From Bacillota bacterium (GTDB lineage Bacteria; Bacillota; JAAYKD01), in assembly GCA_963666425.2 (NCBI GenBank), contig OY762825.2, forward strand, positions 2,816,001 to 2,880,000: a DNA stretch of 64,000 nt. Reading direction: 5' to 3'. Below are positions 30,590 through 40,306 of this stretch, in pieces. The notes under the pieces are model-generated. The model did no database searches. It had not been told where the DNA came from and worked only from the letters and a program-made list of their open reading frames with translations. A program made the translations under genes and the position numbers. The stretch's first letter is position 1, and the number at the start of each line of letters is the position of its first letter.

Positions 30590-30804
30590 AGTTGGATAAT
30601 CCAGTTTTACTGAGATCCCAAAACGCTTTATGTATCATATGCGCAACTTGATCAGATAAGTTACTTTTCAGCTGTAATCCGAACACCCTGATGCGCGAGG
30701 CTGCCTTTCTGCGTGAGCTGGGCTCTGAAGTGGTCATTGGTCAGGCAGTGGATAGGTTCCCCATGACAATGCACATGGAGACTGCCGTGTTGATGTGTGC
30801 ATAA
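30590..30804 (+). pseudogene. Best-preserved rlmD/rumA C-terminal remnant
   Basis: 30667-30804 reads FSCNPNTLMREAAFLRELGSEVVIGQAVDRFPMTMHMETAVLMCA* in one frame. Confidence 0.88.
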
Positions 30805-30833
30805 GTGAATTTTTATGCATTAAGGAGAAACAA

Positions 30834-31313
30834 ATGGAACAGATTTTTATGAGCTTTCTAGACACGGTTCCCGAACACTTAAGACCATTCGTGAGCGAAA
30901 TCGACGCTTATCTGCTAGACAAAAACTGCAAAAGAAGCATTAAGCCCGCGGCAAAAGGATACCTGGTTTCCTATGCGTTGCCGGTTTCAAAGAAAACGCT
31001 GCTCAATTTCGTATTTAGGAAAGGCTGCGTGAAGGCAAGGATTTATGCGGCACATGTAACAGAATATGAGGACCTCGTCAGTGGATTTCCCGAAGCAACA
31101 AAGAAAGAGATAGCGGCCGCCCTTGAATGCAAAAAGTTGACCGGACTTACCTGCAGCCCGACCTGCCCTGCTGGATATACATTTGTAATGGACGGTGTGG
31201 AATACAAGAAATGTCGCAGTATGGCTTTTCTTCCCATACTGAATGAGGAAAATAACCCTTTCATAAGAAAAATGATCGAAGCAGAAGTTTGTTGTTCAAT
31301 GACGGATAGATAA
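30834..31313 (+). CDS. Hypothetical Cys-motif protein (copy B)
   Basis: Near-identical to 24346-24825. Confidence 0.8.
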   Translation: MEQIFMSFLDTVPEHLRPFVSEIDAYLLDKNCKRSIKPAAKGYLVSYALPVSKKTLLNFVFRKGCVKARIYAAHVTEYEDLVSGFPEATKKEIAAALECKKLTGLTCSPTCPAGYTFVMDGVEYKKCRSMAFLPILNEENNPFIRKMIEAEVCCSMTDR

Positions 31314-31345
31314 ACCTTAATTTGGATTATGCCGAGGTGCAGAGA

Positions 31346-31894
31346 ATGGTTATTTACAGAGAGTTGACAGAGTGTGATATCCTTGATGCTGCCAGGTTGA
31401 AAGCATCATGCTGGGATGAAGAAACTGCAGGCACATCAAGCGAAAAACCTGATATTGTTAAAGAGCATACTTCATTTGTTAAGTGGATGAAGACAGCGGA
31501 TGAAAATGCTGATGTCCGTTTGTTATATGGTGCTTTTGATGACGAAAAGATGGTTGGCACAGTTTTTGCCAGCTTTGTCGAGTCTAAAGATGCTCCCGAA
31601 CACGGATTTGAGTTGAATGGACTCTGGGTGGATCAGGGGTATCGCCGTCGGGGGATAGCATTGACTTTGCTGAAAAAAGTATGCGAAGAGTTTAGAAAAC
31701 TAGGAGCAAAGAAAATGATTGTCTACAATTATCACATTGCTCCGTCAAACAGTTTTTACCTTAAATTTGGGTGTAATGTCATCTCTACGGAATATCAAAC
31801 AAAAGATAGGCTGCAAACCGATATCATCGAAGGAAATATTGAAGATCTGATCACGAGATTATCCGTGTCGCTTCAGAGAGTGGTCTTGAGATAA
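31346..31894 (+). CDS. GNAT acetyltransferase (copy B)
   Basis: Near-identical to 24858-25406. Confidence 0.85.
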   Translation: MVIYRELTECDILDAARLKASCWDEETAGTSSEKPDIVKEHTSFVKWMKTADENADVRLLYGAFDDEKMVGTVFASFVESKDAPEHGFELNGLWVDQGYRRRGIALTLLKKVCEEFRKLGAKKMIVYNYHIAPSNSFYLKFGCNVISTEYQTKDRLQTDIIEGNIEDLITRLSVSLQRVVLR

Positions 31895-31944
31895 TTGTTC
31901 CATCGAAAACAATGCGATAAGTCCAATTCGCCTGGCCATCAGTA

Positions 31945-31973
31945 TGTTCCAAGGGGACGGGGTGCTGGCACAG
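31945..31973 (+). repeat. Core repeat, copy 5 (same variant as copy 3)
   Basis: tgttccaaggggacggggtgctggcacag. Confidence 0.92.
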
Positions 31974-31998
31974 ACTTGCTGTCACCCACTCAACTCAA

Positions 31999-32160
31999 TT
32001 ATCTGTATAGAGTATCTCGTACAATTCCCATATTTCTCGTAATATTATCCTTCATGCGAATCTCTTCCACACGAGTGGCCTCAGCCAGACTCAAATCCAG
32101 AGCTTTTTGCCATGCGCACATCAATGAACGTGAGGCATTAACAATGGCTCCCATGCCATC
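31999..32160 (-). pseudogene. pyrF: 3' fragment of pyrF
   Basis: Diverged copy of about 37890-38050 (GMGAIVNASRSLMCAWQK...). Confidence 0.9.
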
Positions 32161-32381
32161 GGCTAGCGGACTTTGAACCTATTTGTAACGGTTTGGCAGT
32201 GAAACGCGGCAGGCCGTCGGATTCTATCCAGAGCAGATCTGGGGCTGCGCTGTCGTAAAGCAGCGTGACTTTACGGTGTTCTCATTAACGCTAGATACCA
32301 AAATTGGCTCCGGGTATCAATTTGATAGAATCGTGCCATCCAGTAAATATTATCATATCCATATCGATCACTCGACCTATA

Positions 32382-32441
32382 GTAGTGGACATGTTTCCGC
32401 GAACGAACGAAAGTGAAAATACCATCATGACATCAAGTTGA
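32382..32441 (+). pseudogene. rlmD/rumA 3'-end remnant without a core repeat
   Basis: VVDMFPRTNESENTIMTSS*. Confidence 0.65.
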
Positions 32442-32596
32442 GTCTCTCGTTCCAAGTGGAGTGTGGGGAGTATGTCTCGTTAAATTGCAAAAGGTTTATT
32501 ACCTCGTGCATTAATCCATTTTTTCGAATTACGAATCGGGTTCAATTTAAGGTTATTGGTAGTATCCACTTAGTAAGTGTGGGGGAGGTTAATGTT

Positions 32597-33319
32597 GTGA
32601 AGCAAAACTATGAGTTACATGAAATAATTAAGCGGAATATTGATAATTCATTTGGCATAAAGAATGAATTTGTCGAATTATATAACAGAGAAACTAAATC
32701 GGAATTAGAAGTAAGCAAATTAAGTAGTAACGACAAAGAGAAACTGTATGATTTCTTCAATAGTATTTTTGCAGAAGATATAGAGGCTATGATGTTACAA
32801 ACGTATAAAAAAGAGTTAAAGCAAACCTCAAATATATTTTTGGGCTTAGCTGAGAAATATAATTATTTATCACAATATCATTGCCCTTTATGTGGAAATT
32901 CTTTACCCGTTCATATATTGATACTTAGAATTAAAACTCAATCAAAGCAAGCATTAACGAAGGATAAACGCAAGAACTTTGAAGCAGCTATTAAAAAGTG
33001 GTGTGCTGGAAGATCTAATATCGAAAAGTTTAGAAGGCAAGAAGCGAAAATTTGTATTTTTATATTGTTTGCTTTGAGTAAAACATCCCGCAACAAAGAT
33101 TTGGATAATATGACAAAAGCATTGGTAGATGGACTAAAAGGTAATTTGTTCTATGATGATATAAATATCGACCATCTAAATATAATGAAAGTATTTCATT
33201 CTGATACAGAGGACTTTATATTTATAAATATACGAGAATCTAACCTGAATTCACACGAAGATGTCGTTTTTGATATTTTGAAACATAAGTTTGCATGTGG
33301 AGAATTTATCGACATTTAG
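32597..33319 (+). CDS. Protein with RusA-like resolvase C-terminal domain
   Basis: RBS GGGGAGG plus GTG; CPLC; KDLDNMTKALVDGL..FYDDINI. Confidence 0.65.
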   Translation: MKQNYELHEIIKRNIDNSFGIKNEFVELYNRETKSELEVSKLSSNDKEKLYDFFNSIFAEDIEAMMLQTYKKELKQTSNIFLGLAEKYNYLSQYHCPLCGNSLPVHILILRIKTQSKQALTKDKRKNFEAAIKKWCAGRSNIEKFRRQEAKICIFILFALSKTSRNKDLDNMTKALVDGLKGNLFYDDINIDHLNIMKVFHSDTEDFIFINIRESNLNSHEDVVFDILKHKFACGEFIDI

Positions 33320-33639
33320 CCCAAAAGTCTACTATCAAGAACAGATCAGTGGACAGCTTTTGAGAATTTTGCTCTAATCTACAAATACTATTCTTTCGCT
33401 ATTGTCGGTGTGTAAATTCACTTCGCTCGGGCAAATTGATTAGACTGTCACATATCTTAGCTGTCACCAGAAGACTAATGTTGAGAGTATAGACCTGATG
33501 ACGAAATATAATCAGAAAATTAGAAAAAACAGACCGAAAAATAGGAGCGTAAAATAGTATGCACTTTTACTAATCCAAATCAATAGATGTATAATTGAAT
33601 GGAGAAATAAAAGAAATTGCTCTTATAGGAAAATATAAC

Positions 33640-33790
33640 TACAAGAATTTATCAAAGAGAACAACTTGAGAACCACAGAAGATGTTCAGAATACTCTCAA
33701 AGGAATGTTCAAGAGCACACTGGAAGAAATGCTAGAAGCAGAACTCAGTGACAGCCTTGACTATGACAAAAATGACTGCAAAAAAGACCA
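33640..33790 (+). pseudogene. IS256-family transposase N-terminal fragment
   Basis: EFIKENNLRTTEDVQNTLKGMFKSTLEEMLEAELSDSLDYDK. Confidence 0.75.
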
Positions 33791-34324
33791 ACAATCATCT
33801 AAATGCAAACTCTGGTTAAAATATGCAAGATCTTAGATTGTAATGTTGGAGATATTGTAGACTTTATCAAAGAAGAGGGGGGTATCCCATGAAAAAATCG
33901 ATTGAAGAAGATATTAAACATCGATGTATCAAGTCAGCCATTGAGGAGGTTGTTTGGGTCAAGGTTCAAGACCTGAAGGAATATTTTTCACGGATGGGTA
34001 ATTACTTGTTAGGGGCAATAGTGTTAGAAGAGGAAAACGCAAGAAAGCAGATTATCTTCTAACACATAAGAATGAACTGATACTAATACTCGCGCGGTTC
34101 AAGCCTATGCTGTTAAGCTGTTAGATTTCGCGGTAGTTGGTCATTTATTTGATCCCGGTTTATAGACTACACTGGGCTCCGATCTGACTGCACTAACTTT
34201 CCGATCCAGCTGCACAGTTTCAGCCGACGTAATCAACTACCAAGCTCCTGCAAAAGTTTATCAACCAGTTCTATTGAAAAAGAGCGCCTGATCCACCACC
34301 GACCTTGACGATGCTAGTATAAAT

Positions 34325-34421
34325 GTTTCGGCTTTCTTGCGGGCGAGACGGGGTTATGATTTACCAATATCTGGTCCATTAAGAAATATTTTTTGTGTAT
34401 CTTGCAAACCGAGCTTTTATA
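34325..34421 (+). repeat. Second dispersed repeat family (also 935-968 and 51881-51907 + 54350-54418)
   Basis: ggctttcttgc.ggcgagac..ggtta.gatt.accaatatctgg..cattaa...tttgtgt..tgcaaaccgagc. Confidence 0.8.
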
Positions 34422-34440
34422 GAAACTAGAGATATTGAAC

Positions 34441-34600
34441 TGGGTTCAGGGCAGCAAATTTACAAGTCATGATTACACCAGCTTTCTAAAAGCAAACCAG
34501 ATTCAGATTAGCACAGATGGAAAAGGCCGCTGGGTGGACAATATTTTAATAGAACGATGGTTTCGCACGCTGAAGTATGAAGAGGTTTATCTGAAGAAGA
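34441..34600 (+). pseudogene. IS3-family integrase-core fragment
   Basis: QGSKFTS..DGKGRWVDNILIERWFRTLKYEEVYLK. Confidence 0.85.
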
Positions 34601-34708
34601 AAGAACGAAAAGAAGTAACGTCGTTACGGACAATGACGGTATTCATCGTAGCAGTAAGAAATATAGTTCGAAGACAGATAAGAAATCATTATTTGATGAG
34701 GTGAAGTC

Positions 34709-35263
34709 ATGATTGAAACAGAAAGATTGGTTCTGCGTCCTTTTCTTGAGAGCGATGCGGCAGATGTATTGGAATATTTGAGAGAACCAACGGTAAACTG
34801 CTTTGCCAGTATGAAACTGAACTCACTTGAGGAAGCCATAGCAAAAATGAAAAATCGAGTCAGTGAAACTGAATACTATTTCGCCATCGTTCTGAAAGAG
34901 ACGAGAAAGGTCATCGGAGAGATAGATGCCTATCCCGAGCGTAGCGAACCTCACGTTACAAGCTCGCGGTTGGATACCTTCAGCCCATGCTGGATGCTGA
35001 ACGGAGATTATCAAGGCAAAGGCTATGCACATGAAGCAGCTCACGCTTTTTTTGATTATCTGTTCCGTGAGAAAGGTGCAAGGCGCATCTACGCCTTTAC
35101 CGAGGATTATAATTTGTCGAGCCAGCACCTTTGTGAAAAACTCGGTATGCGCCGGGAAGGATTATTTATGGAATTCGTATCCTTCGTCAATAACCCAGAC
35201 GGCTCACCTCACTATGAAAACACTATGCAGTATGCCATTCTGAAAAAAGAATGGTGTGGGTAA
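34709..35263 (+). CDS. GNAT acetyltransferase (RimJ/RimL-like)
   Basis: IETERLVLRPF, YQGKGYA, NLSSQHLCEKLGMRREG. Confidence 0.88.
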   Translation: MIETERLVLRPFLESDAADVLEYLREPTVNCFASMKLNSLEEAIAKMKNRVSETEYYFAIVLKETRKVIGEIDAYPERSEPHVTSSRLDTFSPCWMLNGDYQGKGYAHEAAHAFFDYLFREKGARRIYAFTEDYNLSSQHLCEKLGMRREGLFMEFVSFVNNPDGSPHYENTMQYAILKKEWCG

Positions 35264-35379
35264 GTTTCCGTTTGCTAAGTATAAAAAGCAAATAACCTAT
35301 TTACGTGAGACAATAGATTAGATGTCAAGAAATGGATTGTTCATTAAAATACCTTTAAAATCAAGCTGGCGTTTAATCA

Positions 35380-35620
35380 GGATGAAATCAATCAACTATA
35401 TATTCATAATGACTATCAAAGAAAAGGATTGGGCACAAAATTTCTTGAGATTGCTAAAAGCAATTCTAATGGTAGGTCGTTCCTCTATACTTTCGAAATT
35501 AATCGTAAAGCACAACTGTTTTACGAAATGAATGAATTCAAAATCCTTAGCAGAGACAATGCTAAAGAAGAGAATCTGAATGATATCAAATACGAATGGG
35601 CTGAAAACGGTGAAAATTAG
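35380..35620 (+). pseudogene. GNAT fragment
   Basis: INQLYIHNDYQRKGLGTKFL..TFEINRKAQLFYE. Confidence 0.7.
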
Positions 35621-35680
35621 GAAGTGGATATTTTCTCTATAGAATACACATGTTGAATCCATAAAGCAGCTTTCGGTGTC
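35621..35680 (+). pseudogene. rlmD/rumA 3'-end remnant
   Basis: EVDIFS..THVESIKQLS across a frameshift; marks the start of a duplicated block. Confidence 0.55.
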
Positions 35681-35794
35681 AGTTTCAACAATACATTGCA
35701 CCTTACGGTGAAATGCATTATTATAATGGAAGAGGAGTTTGCGTTATCACGAACTCATTTCAGAAAATTTAAACCAAAAAGGAAGTAATACAAA

Positions 35795-35926
35795 ATGGCA
35801 AACAAGAATATTAGAAAAGAAACAAAAAAACCTAAGAAATCGGCAAAGGCACCGAGTGTATCATCAACACCACAACCAATTATGGTTCAACCTGAATTAA
35901 TCAAAAAGGTAAAAAAGCCTCAATGA
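35795..35926 (+). CDS. 43-aa Lys/Pro-rich small protein (copy 1)
   Basis: RBS AAGGAAG; MANKNIRKETKKPKK...; mostly synonymous differences from 39386-39517. Confidence 0.8.
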   Translation: MANKNIRKETKKPKKSAKAPSVSSTPQPIMVQPELIKKVKKPQ

Positions 35927-36009
35927 TTTTCTCTGATTGCTAAAGAATTGGACATTTGGGAAAATGTCGCAATGGCAAATACTGCTTATTTTTTAAGGGA
36001 GATTTTATT

Positions 36010-37344
36010 ATGACAACAAAAATCGCAGAAAAAAAAGAAGCCTCCCTCGGCCTGAAAAAAAGCCTGGGTGTCTTCGAAGCTGTTGCTATGGTTATAGGAA
36101 TGGTTATCGGTTCCGGTATATTCTTCAAACCCTCTATCGTTTATCAGAATGCGGGTTCCTTTGGAATGGGAATACTCGCATGGATCGTCGGAGGCATTAT
36201 CACCATGGCTGCTGGACTCACCGTGGCTGAAATTGCTTCCGCAATACCGAAAACTGGAGGTCTTTTTGCTTATCTTCGGGAGCTCTATGGGGAAAAGCTG
36301 GCTTTCCTTTTAGGATGGGTGCAGACGATTATTTATGTACCTGGGTCTACTGCCGCTCTTGCTGTGGTTTTTGCTACCCAAGCAACTTATTTTATCCCTA
36401 TGAGTCCCACTACACAAAAGGCATTAGCCATATTCATGATTTTCACGATTGTGGTAATTAACTGCATCTCTGCAAAATTTGGTGGTATTGTTCAATCGGT
36501 TTCAACCATTGGGAAACTGATTCCTATTTCTATCATCATTGGGTTTGGATTTATCTTTGGCAAAAACCCTGCTTTTGCGCCACCAACTGCCATTATTCAT
36601 GGGGCCGGTTTTGGAGCCGCTATACTTGGAACTCTTTGGGCCTATGATGGATGGATTTCTGTGGGAAATATGGCCGGTGAACTTAAAAATCCTCAAAAAG
36701 ATCTTCCACGATCAATAATCGTTGGACTTTCAGTGGTTATCGCCACCTATGTATTAGTAAACATCGCAGTAATCAAGGTGCTTCCGATAGGGGCTATCAT
36801 CTCCTCTCCTAAAGCGACTTCAGATGCAGCCGTCATCTTATTTGGTAACTTTGGAGCTACATTGATTTCTGCTGGGATATTAATCTCTATTTACGGGGCA
36901 TTAAATGGCTACCTCATGACTGGTGCCAGAATACCTTATGCTATGGGAACGGATAAAATCTTACCCATGAGTGCTCAGTTTGCAAAGGTAAACAAAGCCC
37001 AAAGTCCATATTTCGCCTTGATTTTTGAATTTGCCCTTGCATGCATTTATGCGCTGTCAGGTTCATTTAATACCCTTACCGATCTGGTGGTCTTTGTCCT
37101 TTGGATTTTCTTTGTATTAGCCGTGGCAGGAGTATTTATTCTGAGAAGACGCAAAGATCTGGTTGCTACCTATAAAGTCCCACTGTACCCATTGGTGCCT
37201 ATTATTGGTATCGTTGGTGGCTTATATATCATCATTAATACGATCATGACCAGTACCATAAATTCTCTTGTGGGAATCGGAATTACGTTGGTGGGGCTTC
37301 CGGTTTATTACTTCATGGAAAAGAAAAAAACAAAAATCAACTAA
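36010..37344 (+). CDS. APC-family amino acid permease (SteT-like)
   Basis: IGSGIFF, GGLFAYL, WAYDGW and about 12 transmembrane segments. Confidence 0.92.
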   Translation: MTTKIAEKKEASLGLKKSLGVFEAVAMVIGMVIGSGIFFKPSIVYQNAGSFGMGILAWIVGGIITMAAGLTVAEIASAIPKTGGLFAYLRELYGEKLAFLLGWVQTIIYVPGSTAALAVVFATQATYFIPMSPTTQKALAIFMIFTIVVINCISAKFGGIVQSVSTIGKLIPISIIIGFGFIFGKNPAFAPPTAIIHGAGFGAAILGTLWAYDGWISVGNMAGELKNPQKDLPRSIIVGLSVVIATYVLVNIAVIKVLPIGAIISSPKATSDAAVILFGNFGATLISAGILISIYGALNGYLMTGARIPYAMGTDKILPMSAQFAKVNKAQSPYFALIFEFALACIYALSGSFNTLTDLVVFVLWIFFVLAVAGVFILRRRKDLVATYKVPLYPLVPIIGIVGGLYIIINTIMTSTINSLVGIGITLVGLPVYYFMEKKKTKIN

Positions 37345-37363
37345 GAACAAAGAGTGGGAATAG

Positions 37364-37834
37364 AGTAAAAGCAACCGTATACAAGTATAAGTGCATTGAA
37401 AACGAGCAGACATTCACAATTGAACCTGATGTCACGGTTTTGGTGGGTATGAATGAGTCGGGGAAAACTAGCCTGCTTGAAGCATTAGCTACAGCTGAAA
37501 ATCACAGGCGATAAGTATATCCCTGTATTCACAGGCGTAAATAATGCTGCAAGCTTTGATGCAGCAATTACTGACTTAAAAACTACTGGCGAGAGTGCGG
37601 AATGTCTCGAAACACTCAAGAAACTCAAACCATATTTCATAAATGAGAATAACTGGGCTAGTCCAATTCAGGATTATGTCTGGCGGGTTCATATTAAACC
37701 TAATATTCCTAAATTCATGTATTATGATGATTATTATATGCTCCCATCCAGGATATCAATTGACAAGATTAACAAAAAGCAGCTTTTAGATAATTCAGAG
37801 AAAACTGCTCGAGCTTTATTGGAATTGGCAGACA
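37364..37834 (+). pseudogene. OLD-family/AAA ATPase remnant truncated at the core repeat
   Basis: YKCIEN..VTVLVGMNESGKTSLLEALA then IPKFMYYDDYYMLPSRISI..ALLELAD runs into the repeat. Confidence 0.7.
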
Positions 37835-37864
37835 TGTTCCAGGGGGACGGGGGTGTTGGCACAG
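37835..37864 (+). repeat. Core repeat, copy 6 (consensus)
   Basis: Exact consensus. Confidence 0.97.
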
Positions 37865-37889
37865 ACTTGCTGTCACCCACTCAACTCAA

Positions 37890-38825
37890 TTATCTGTATA
37901 GAGCATCTCGTACAATTCCCATATTTCCCGTAATATCATCCTTCATGTGAATCGCTTCCACACGGGTAGCTTCAGCCAGACTCAAATCCGGAGCTTTTTG
38001 CCATGCGCACATCAATGAACGTGAGGCATTCACAATGGCTCCCATACCATTTTTGTCGAATGCTCCGGCAATGCTCTTGCCACCTCCGCCTTGTGCGCCA
38101 TAACCGGGAACCAGAAAGAACAATTTCGGGAATTTTTGACGTAATTCTATCAACTGTTCGGGATAGGTAGCACCTACTACCACGCCAACACCATTATAAC
38201 CATAATTGCCCGGCAAGGTTGCCCCCCATTGTTCACAAAGAGCAGCCATAATATTATAGACAGTCTCCCCGTTAATTTTCAAATCCTGCAGTTCGCCTGA
38301 AGATGGATTTGATGTTTTTGCAAGTACAAAAATACCTTTGTCCTCTCTTTGACAGACCTTGATTAAAGGATTAATACCATCTGTGCCCAAATACCCGTTC
38401 ACAGTCAGAGCATCAGCACCGAAAGGAGCAAAGGATGTGTCTTCTACCTCGGTAGACCCCAACCATCCTTCAGCATATGCTTCCATGGTAGATCCAATAT
38501 CTCCACGTTTCGCATCAACGATTACAAACATTCCTTTGGATTGCGCATAAGTAATTGTCTCCGTCAACGCACGGACACCTGGCCAACCATACAATTCATA
38601 AAATGCGGCTTGCGGCTTTACGGCAGGTATTATGTCGTATACCGCATCAATTAGTGCCTTATTAAAACGCAAAATCGCATCAGCAGCCCCCTCGAGTGTT
38701 TTACCATGCACACGATAGGCTTCCTCTTTTAAATTTGCAGGGATGTACTCAATTCTGGGGTCAAGACCGAGTACAGTGGGATTTTGAGTAGCCATTATTC
38801 TTGAAATTAAACGGTCAAACGACAT
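37890..38825 (-). CDS. pyrF: Orotidine-5'-phosphate decarboxylase
   Basis: LGLDP, KPQAAFYE, DAKRGDIGST, KTSNPSS and LVPGYGAQGG motifs. Confidence 0.95.
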   Translation of the reverse strand: MSFDRLISRIMATQNPTVLGLDPRIEYIPANLKEEAYRVHGKTLEGAADAILRFNKALIDAVYDIIPAVKPQAAFYELYGWPGVRALTETITYAQSKGMFVIVDAKRGDIGSTMEAYAEGWLGSTEVEDTSFAPFGADALTVNGYLGTDGINPLIKVCQREDKGIFVLAKTSNPSSGELQDLKINGETVYNIMAALCEQWGATLPGNYGYNGVGVVVGATYPEQLIELRQKFPKLFFLVPGYGAQGGGGKSIAGAFDKNGMGAIVNASRSLMCAWQKAPDLSLAEATRVEAIHMKDDITGNMGIVRDALYR

Positions 38826-39045
38826 ATAAATCTCTCCTTTTGGGTTCGTTTTGATTTTTATGAATGAATTCCAATCTGTGTGAATATGGGATCACTGATA
38901 AGTTGCACGCTGTTTTTAACAGATGTATAAGATATCAAGCGCCAATGTTTGTATTCTACTATCGATTCCCATAATATTCAATACTGATTTTCTGATTTTA
39001 TAATAACCTAACACTTCAGACATCAGAATTAGCCTATCGTTTCAT

Positions 39046-39262
39046 CGGGTGTTGATACAGAGTTGAAAAATCTAGTTATGCTGAAAACTAAAAACGCTCT
39101 CACAACCGTATGCACAACTCAATCCAATTAGCTTCTTTTCAGTTGCGATCCAAATAGACAGTGCGTGTCATTGCGCTCCTGCGTGAATTGGACTATATAG
39201 TGGCCATTAGTTAGGTATTGGTCATGCTCTCTATAGAATACACATGTTGAACCCATAATGTC
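39046..39262 (+). pseudogene. Partial core repeat plus rlmD remnant
   Basis: cgggtgttgatacag, then shared tail, then FSCDPN..IALLRELDY..THVEPIM. Confidence 0.75.
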
Positions 39263-39385
39263 CTTAGGCGTCGGTTTCAACAATGCATTGCGCATTTCGG
39301 TAACATGCCTTATAATAGTAGAACACGCATTGTGTCATCACGAATCATTTCAAGAAATCTAAAATCGAAAAGGAAGTAATACAAA

Positions 39386-39517
39386 ATGGCAAACAAAAAT
39401 ATTAGAAAAGAAGCAAAAAAACCGAAGAAATCGGCAAAAGCGCCTAGTGTATCATCAGCACCGCAACCCATTATGGTTCAACCTGAGTTAATCAAAAAAG
39501 TAAAAAAACCTCAATAA
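39386..39517 (+). CDS. 43-aa Lys/Pro-rich small protein (copy 2)
   Basis: 41 of 43 aa identical to copy 1. Confidence 0.8.
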   Translation: MANKNIRKEAKKPKKSAKAPSVSSAPQPIMVQPELIKKVKKPQ

Positions 39518-39573
39518 TATTCTCTGATTGCTACAACGGCAGGGCAATTAGAATTTAAAGGGGAGTTAAGAAT

Positions 39574-40083
39574 ATGTCGATTAATCAACAGAGAACAGAT
39601 TTAATCAAGTTAATTCTTGAAGATGAAACCATCGCAGCCGAAGAAGATGAAATTTTGCACATGCTGCTAATGGAGCAAGTTTCTAAAGATCCTGTAGCTG
39701 TTAATAAAGAGAATGTCACATTTGGTCAAAAAGCAGCAGACAATCTTGCTAAATTTGCAGGCAGCTGGGTTTTCATCATAATATTTTTTGCGATATTGGC
39801 TTCCTGGATTATATTGAACACAGTAATATTAACAAAAGCGTATGATATTTACCCGTTTATACTGCTTAATTTAATTTTATCATGTCTCGCTGCAATTCAG
39901 GCACCCATTATAATGATGAGCCAGAATCGTCAAGAAGAAAAAGACAGATTAAGAGGCATAAATGATTATAAAGTAAACCTAAAAACGGAGATTATGATTG
40001 AGGATATTCACGAGAAATTAGATTCAATTATAGAAAACCAACAAGAACTTTTCGAAAGAATCAATTCTTTAGAGAATAAATAA
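39574..40083 (+). CDS. DUF1003 membrane protein
   Basis: FAGSWVF, YPFILLNL, IQAPIIMMSQNRQ. Confidence 0.9.
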   Translation: MSINQQRTDLIKLILEDETIAAEEDEILHMLLMEQVSKDPVAVNKENVTFGQKAADNLAKFAGSWVFIIIFFAILASWIILNTVILTKAYDIYPFILLNLILSCLAAIQAPIIMMSQNRQEEKDRLRGINDYKVNLKTEIMIEDIHEKLDSIIENQQELFERINSLENK

Positions 40084-40140
40084 CATGCTTGATTTACACC
40101 ACCTAGAGCATTATAATTGCTTTAGGTGGTGTAAATATAA
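40081..40140 (+). promoter_or_regulatory. Orphan copy of the AbiE-like promoter/operator
   Basis: Matches 29881-29940; the ATG is replaced by ATA and the core repeat follows. Confidence 0.85.
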
Positions 40141-40170
40141 CGTTCCAGGGGGACGGGGGTGTTGGCACAG
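40141..40170 (+). repeat. Core repeat, copy 7
   Basis: cgttccagggggacgggggtgttggcacag. Confidence 0.96.
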
Positions 40171-40306
40171 ATTTGGGTAACCAAGTTATACTGTGATATA
40201 AAAACACCTTCAGAATCAGACCGGAAATTTGGCTTGAGTATGTCTAAGCAAGATAAAGATATGATTTGATAAATATTCTAGGGATGCTAAGAGTGGGAGT
40301 GACAAT

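Larger units (their letters stand above)
30774..31976 (+). repeat. 1.2-kb cassette, copy B
   Basis: Matches 24286-25488 with scattered substitutions. Confidence 0.95.
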
